From: an uncultured Terracidiphilus sp.
GTDB lineage: Bacteria > Acidobacteriota > Terriglobia > Terriglobales > Acidobacteriaceae
Direction: 5' to 3'
Length of the DNA stretch: 40,922 bases
Assembly: GCA_964458965.1 (NCBI GenBank)
Contig: CAYWMR010000001.1
Location: forward strand, 1-40,922
The notes below the pieces were generated by a model, which saw only the letters and a program-made list of their open reading frames with translations, searched no databases and was not told the DNA's origin. Both the position numbers and the translations under genes were made by a program. Positions 36,488 to 40,922 of this stretch are shown here, piece by piece (positions within the stretch are counted from its first letter, which is position 1; each line of letters starts with the position of its first letter).

Positions 36488-36862
36488 ATCACCATCTTGG
36501 TGGACGCCAACCTCACACCTTTCTGGGTTGAGTTTCTTCAATCCTCGGGCATCGCAGCCGTGCATTGGTGCAGCTTCGGTAAGGGCGACGCACCCGACAC
36601 AGAGTTGCTGAATTGGGCCATTGACCATGATGCGGCAATATTCACCGCGGATGGCGATTTCTCTCAAATGCTTGCGTTGCGCCAGTTAGGTCGTCCCAGC
36701 GTCATTTACCTGCGAACCAGTGAACAGAACCCTCTTGGGCCAGGAAATGAGGTAATCGCTGCGTGCAATGTGATTGCCGCGCGTTCTGACAGCGGATTGA
36801 TCGTCACCATCAACGACCGCGGCACTCGGCTGCGAGCCTTGCCTATTCTGGTCAGCGAATAG
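36488..36862 (+). CDS. DUF5615 PIN-like toxin (VapC45-like), start codon ambiguous
   Basis: (I)TILVDANLTP...AVHW...APDTELLNWA...IFTADGDF...PSVIYLR...RLRALPI. The expected Met position is ATC (36488); the first usable start is TTG 36497. Confidence 0.8.
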   Translation: MTILVDANLTPFWVEFLQSSGIAAVHWCSFGKGDAPDTELLNWAIDHDAAIFTADGDFSQMLALRQLGRPSVIYLRTSEQNPLGPGNEVIAACNVIAARSDSGLIVTINDRGTRLRALPILVSE

Positions 36863-36957
36863 CACACGGGGAGAGGAGAACCAGTCAGTTCTCTAGGATA
36901 ATCGGCTTGAGAGACAATCGAGCGGGCAAATAGGGTCTGCCATCGTCGCTGACGCCC

Positions 36958-38586
36958 TCAATTCTCTGTAGGCTTCTCCTCAATATGATCGATCACCAGA
37001 GCCGGCGCCGGCCGCCGTACCTTCTCCAGTTTCAGCCCCATCTCCTTTGTCAATGCATCAAACAGCGACAGCGCGCCATTGGGGTCCGATGCTCCGGTTG
37101 CTCCTCCGCCTGCCGGACCGCCCCCCACGCCCCCGGCAAGATCGGCGGAACTGAAGCTCAAAGTGAAGTCATACGAGCCGGGAATTCCTGTGGTATCCAG
37201 AATCGGATTGTAAATATATCCCGAGGCCAGGTCCTGCAGCTTCACTCCAATTTGCGCCATGGTCATGTTCTGGCATGTCAGCAGCCTGTTCAACACTGGA
37301 AATGCAATCCTCGGATCTTTTCCGTCCGGCCCGGGACCTTCAATACATCGCGTGCGGCTTGAAGGGTCGGCCTTCTTGAGCTTCGGACTAACCGCGACCA
37401 GGTTATATGCCGTAACCGTCCGGTCTTCCATGTGGGCCTGCATTTTGAAGCGATCTCTCAGCAGCCCGCGTAACATCTGCTTCAGATCGTTCTCGTCCAT
37501 CTGAGGCGCGTTTTGCGCAGCGCTCCCCGAAGCGTCGCCCAACTTCTTCGCCATAATGTCGAAGTGATCCGAATCAAGCCATCCTGGCGCGCCCACAAGC
37601 TCTTCCTTGTCATTCGGGTTCAGATCCCACGCAAAGTTGATCAGGAATTTCAGCGTGGTGGCGGTTACATTCACCTGGCCGCCGTCCACTCGTCCATTAA
37701 ACTGTGCATCCGGCTTGCTCGGCTTGATCACCGAGACGTCGAATTGCGGAGGTGGCAGCTTAGGAAGCTTCGTCTCCAAATCGGGCGGATTGGCGGTCGG
37801 CTGCTCGTTCACGCTGTCCACAATCAGCACCGGCCTCGGCGCCGTTTTCAGTTCCAGTTTCAGCCCAAGCTGTTTATCTACCGCATCGAAGATAGAAATT
37901 CCATCGGCTCCCGCCCTTGCCAGGTCGCCTCGTCCGGTCCACTTCAGGTCAAAGTCCCACGACCCCTTCAGCCCGGTCGAGTCCACCACAATGTTGGTCA
38001 GGTATCCGCCTGCCATATCGTGCAGAGCCTGTGCGAACGCCTCCATCGTCATGTTGCGGCATGAGACAAATATGTACGGCACGGTGCCAGGATCTGATGT
38101 CTGCTGTGAGGGATTGCATCCGGAATTCGCTGTGTCTTCGGCCTCCTTAAGCTTCGGCTTTCCGCCTCCCACCGAAAGCACAAAGGCCGGCATGGGCTTG
38201 CTCCCGTTGTGCACCACCAGCTTGAATCGATCCGCAAGCAAAGACCTAAGCATCAGCTTCACTGTATCTGCCGGCGTTGATGCGGGCGCCTTTCCAAAAA
38301 CATCGAACCGGTCCGTCTCCAGCCAACTCGGGCCCCCTTGCACATTGTCGGCTTGCTCCTTGTATGCGGCTGCAATCATGTCCACCATGGTCGCCTGCCG
38401 CAACACATACCTGTCGCCGCGAAGAGTGCCTCCATCGACAAATGCGAACCTGCGAGCGGGGCTCACATGAACATCCGCGATATCGAATGCAGTCGCGGGT
38501 TGGGTTGCGGACGGGGCCTCGGTGCTTTGTGAATACACCGGGACTGAGAGAAGCACGAGGAGAGTGATACCCGCGATTAGCCGCAT
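36958..38586 (-). CDS. TIGR03435/DUF3738-family Acidobacterial protein with tandem duplicated domain
   Basis: Signal peptide; two copies of FD(I/V)...G.P.WL..D.FD...LL.DRFK...D.TG..GS.DF.L...S(I/L)FDA...GLKLE...L(I/V)(V/I)D...E.PT.N. Confidence 0.9.
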   Translation of the reverse strand: MRLIAGITLLVLLSVPVYSQSTEAPSATQPATAFDIADVHVSPARRFAFVDGGTLRGDRYVLRQATMVDMIAAAYKEQADNVQGGPSWLETDRFDVFGKAPASTPADTVKLMLRSLLADRFKLVVHNGSKPMPAFVLSVGGGKPKLKEAEDTANSGCNPSQQTSDPGTVPYIFVSCRNMTMEAFAQALHDMAGGYLTNIVVDSTGLKGSWDFDLKWTGRGDLARAGADGISIFDAVDKQLGLKLELKTAPRPVLIVDSVNEQPTANPPDLETKLPKLPPPQFDVSVIKPSKPDAQFNGRVDGGQVNVTATTLKFLINFAWDLNPNDKEELVGAPGWLDSDHFDIMAKKLGDASGSAAQNAPQMDENDLKQMLRGLLRDRFKMQAHMEDRTVTAYNLVAVSPKLKKADPSSRTRCIEGPGPDGKDPRIAFPVLNRLLTCQNMTMAQIGVKLQDLASGYIYNPILDTTGIPGSYDFTLSFSSADLAGGVGGGPAGGGATGASDPNGALSLFDALTKEMGLKLEKVRRPAPALVIDHIEEKPTEN

Positions 38587-38782
38587 CGGAGTTCAAACCT
38601 CTTGTGAAGTGTGCGCCCAGATCGCGCATGGTCTTTGGGGAAATCCAGTTTATTTTAGACGCGCTTCCGGCTGTCAAAGGTATCAACCGTTAGTACAAGG
38701 CACAAAATCGGCAAAGCCTTCAGGCCATGACTTTGCGCCCTTCACGGGATTTACAGGAATTACAACGGTAATGCAGGCGAGC

Positions 38783-40114
38783 TTATGCGACTCGGGCGTT
38801 ACGCAACTGGTTCTCAATGAGGCGCTCTTGTACTTGAAAGTGCTTAGCTGCGAAATCTATAGCCTCATCCGGGGAGCTGTTTGCCGCAATTCTTCGCTGA
38901 AAGACTGTTCGGACTCCATCCCTGGGGGCCAATAACTCTGCGGCGAATGCTCGGGACGCCTGTTGATCCCAGGTGTGTGCGTCGGTAATGAGTCGCGGGC
39001 CATTCGCACACCCGAATGCCATCTGGAACAGGCCTCGCGCCTCCAAAAAACGAAGACTCTCCAATCTGGACTCGGGCCCTACGACCATTGGACCGCGGCT
39101 TCCAGAGAAGCCAACTTCCGCTCTTACGCCAGAGCTTGGAATGTGGTTTCGAAACTCGAAAGCGAAGGTCCCAACACCGACCCTACCCCCAGCGCGTTCG
39201 ATATCTTCCAACGGGGCGTCAATATCAAGGCCAACAAGCTTGCGTGCCTTCTCGGCTGCGGTGTACCCGACCTCCACCGCTCTCCTTAACGGATCGAGTC
39301 CATCCGGCCCCTTCGGAGCAATCGGTCCAAGCTCAAAGTCTTCGCGGGCTATTCGCACCCACTCCCACGCCGGAATGACAGATTCAGGCGGTGAAGTCTC
39401 GATCAGGTCGCTAAATATGGAATTTTCGGCCGGTCGGTTTGGGATTTCGATTTCGAGGAGATCTGCGAGACCTTTGGGCCAAGATTCTGCCTCAAAAGGA
39501 TCGAGTCCCAAACGGCCCGCTGCACGACAAAATGCGACCTCCGCTTCATCTGCACGTTCGATGGCCTCCCAATTAGAGTGCAGATCCGATGCACGCTCAT
39601 CGTCCACATCCCGCAAGCGATTCAACACCTGCCTGACGAAGTCCTTGAAGTTCTCCTCAGCCGAAGTCGCGTCGATCAGTTCTCTGCCATAGCCAAGAAA
39701 AAATCCTGGCAACTGAGGGTACTGATCGGACATATCTCTTTCCCAGTTTGCGATCATGGACCGCCCATCTGAGAACAGATGCAAGTTAGGAAGCAAGATG
39801 TCGCTAGCAGCCGCACGCATGGAGTGGCGCCGCAACCACCCTGTGCGGCTTAAGCCGCTTATGTCGTCCTCGGCCTCAAGCCCAGATGAGGGTTCATGGA
39901 ACAGTGCCCACCAATTCTGAACTAGCCAATTTGCAAGGGGAAATGCCGGAATGAAGATCGAGCTTCGCGGCCCGTTTGCCGTTCGGTCCCAGATGCGCGT
40001 TACCGTGCTGGCCCCAATAATTACGCGAACCCCCGCCCACGTCCTACGCTCGACAGGGTCTAGCGAAACGGGCTGATCAAACCAATCGCACTCAATTCGA
40101 ATTGATTGTGACAC
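38783..40114 (-). CDS. Hypothetical protein with C-terminal degenerate ImmA/IrrE (peptidase M78)-like domain
   Basis: RFLEARGLFQ sits where RFTxAHELGH is expected, followed by QQASRAFAAELLAP and AAKHFQV. GTG start overlaps the upstream ORF by 23 nt. Confidence 0.75.
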   Translation of the reverse strand: MSQSIRIECDWFDQPVSLDPVERRTWAGVRVIIGASTVTRIWDRTANGPRSSIFIPAFPLANWLVQNWWALFHEPSSGLEAEDDISGLSRTGWLRRHSMRAAASDILLPNLHLFSDGRSMIANWERDMSDQYPQLPGFFLGYGRELIDATSAEENFKDFVRQVLNRLRDVDDERASDLHSNWEAIERADEAEVAFCRAAGRLGLDPFEAESWPKGLADLLEIEIPNRPAENSIFSDLIETSPPESVIPAWEWVRIAREDFELGPIAPKGPDGLDPLRRAVEVGYTAAEKARKLVGLDIDAPLEDIERAGGRVGVGTFAFEFRNHIPSSGVRAEVGFSGSRGPMVVGPESRLESLRFLEARGLFQMAFGCANGPRLITDAHTWDQQASRAFAAELLAPRDGVRTVFQRRIAANSSPDEAIDFAAKHFQVQERLIENQLRNARVA

Positions 40115-40550
40115 GTGGGCAGTCCTTCAATTTGCCTTGCGGATCCTCTGGATACGCTTCTTGATATTCAACCGGAAACCCATGATACTCCCCATTTGTC
40201 TCAGAAGAGAGCCTCACCTCATGGAGGAGTCCATCAACATAAATCCACGCCCTCGCAGGAAAGACCGAACGGAACTCCTCGCTTATACAGGGCCCCGCAA
40301 TCGCCGTCCGGAGCCCGGCTGTCAGTTGAGGCCAGGCTTCCTGCGGATACCTTAGACACAATGATTTGTCCTTCTTGGGTCCGAATATCCACGCATTAGT
40401 TGGCGACGGATAGTTCTTGTGTTCCCCATTCGGAATGTAGTGAACCCTGCCAGACACCTCCACTTGGGATGGCCCGTTGGCCGGCCACTTTCCGATCCTG
40501 CCCCGTCTGATCTCACTGCCCGCTCGCCGATAGGTAGGACGCTTGGCCAT
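40092..40550 (-). CDS. Hypothetical 152-aa protein, putative nuclease/toxin
   Basis: Open ATG-initiated frame coupled to the downstream gene; motifs EHK and FPARAW...HEVRL...GEYHGFP. Confidence 0.7.
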   Translation of the reverse strand: MAKRPTYRRAGSEIRRGRIGKWPANGPSQVEVSGRVHYIPNGEHKNYPSPTNAWIFGPKKDKSLCLRYPQEAWPQLTAGLRTAIAGPCISEEFRSVFPARAWIYVDGLLHEVRLSSETNGEYHGFPVEYQEAYPEDPQGKLKDCPRVTINSN

Positions 40551-40670
40551 AGAATTCTAAGCTCAAAATCATCGAGACAGCTCAATCCCACCGAAAGAGT
40601 CAGCAAGATCTTGACAAAATGAAGTATACCAATATCGCGCCAACAAATGAGGGCGACACGTCCTCGCGCC

Positions 40671-40922
40671 CTACTCCCCATCCGGCGGCACCTGTTCCAG
40701 CAGGCGCTTCCATGTCTTCTGGTTCTTCCTGAATCCCCGCTTCAAATCCTCCAGAATCCGCTCGAAATCCGCATTCGTCCGCAGATTGTTCCATGCCGGG
40801 TTCTTCTGGAACCACGGATAGTTCTCGTTCCCTAGATAAATAGCCCGCCGCAGCCAGTGCAATGCCTCGCTCGAGTCGCCTTCCACCGCAAAGTAAGTTG
40901 CCAGCCGGTAAGCCATCTCGCT
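40671..40922 (-). CDS. C-terminal end of a TPR-repeat protein (5' part outside window), likely kinase/TPR type
   Basis: AYRLATYFAVEGDSSEALHWLRRAIYLGNENYPWFQKNPAWNNLRTNADFERIL, a terminal TPR and capping pattern. The frame is open to the window edge. Confidence 0.75.
   Translation of the reverse strand, partial: SEMAYRLATYFAVEGDSSEALHWLRRAIYLGNENYPWFQKNPAWNNLRTNADFERILEDLKRGFRKNQKTWKRLLEQVPPDGE

Noticed and set aside
38587-40670. Prophage or integrative element around the lower-GC two-gene module
   Set aside because: No integrase, transposase, tRNA or flanking direct repeats were found by eye.

Overview
GC-rich bacterial chromosomal segment, very likely Acidobacteriota (Terriglobia/Acidobacteriaceae-like). 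This is inferred from a TIGR03435 duplicated-domain protein, Ig-tailed S53 proteases, a sugar-binding/7TM SpoIIE phosphatase, wHTH-kinase-TPR proteins and GGCACGAC-TTCA-GTCGTGCC repeats. It contains about 34 CDS. Housekeeping genes are apt, acyP, trpE, trpG and hemW. Signalling genes are a PP2C phosphatase, a KdpD-like sensor, two KdpE-like regulators, a membrane Ser/Thr kinase, a wHTH-kinase-STAND-TPR protein and a SpoIIE-type phosphatase. Secreted or surface proteins are a PEP-CTERM protein, two sedolisins, a GH42 and a Tat cupin. There is also a GT2 / FAD-oxidoreductase / DegT cluster, two type II TA loci and an uncharacterised two-gene module (small YHGFP-motif protein plus an ImmA/IrrE-like protein without HExxH). 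Most notable: (1) a TM hairpin plus lipobox inserted inside the last Ig domain of a sedolisin, suggesting a C-terminal lipid-anchoring route with strand complementation; (2) the putative toxin plus dead-IrrE pair; (3) a KdpD-like sensor with a degenerate kinase signature, plus an 18-bp motif shared by the PP2C and second kdpE/Ser-Thr-kinase promoters. No rRNA, tRNA, CRISPR array, integrase or transposase was seen. All family calls come from motif recognition, not database searches.
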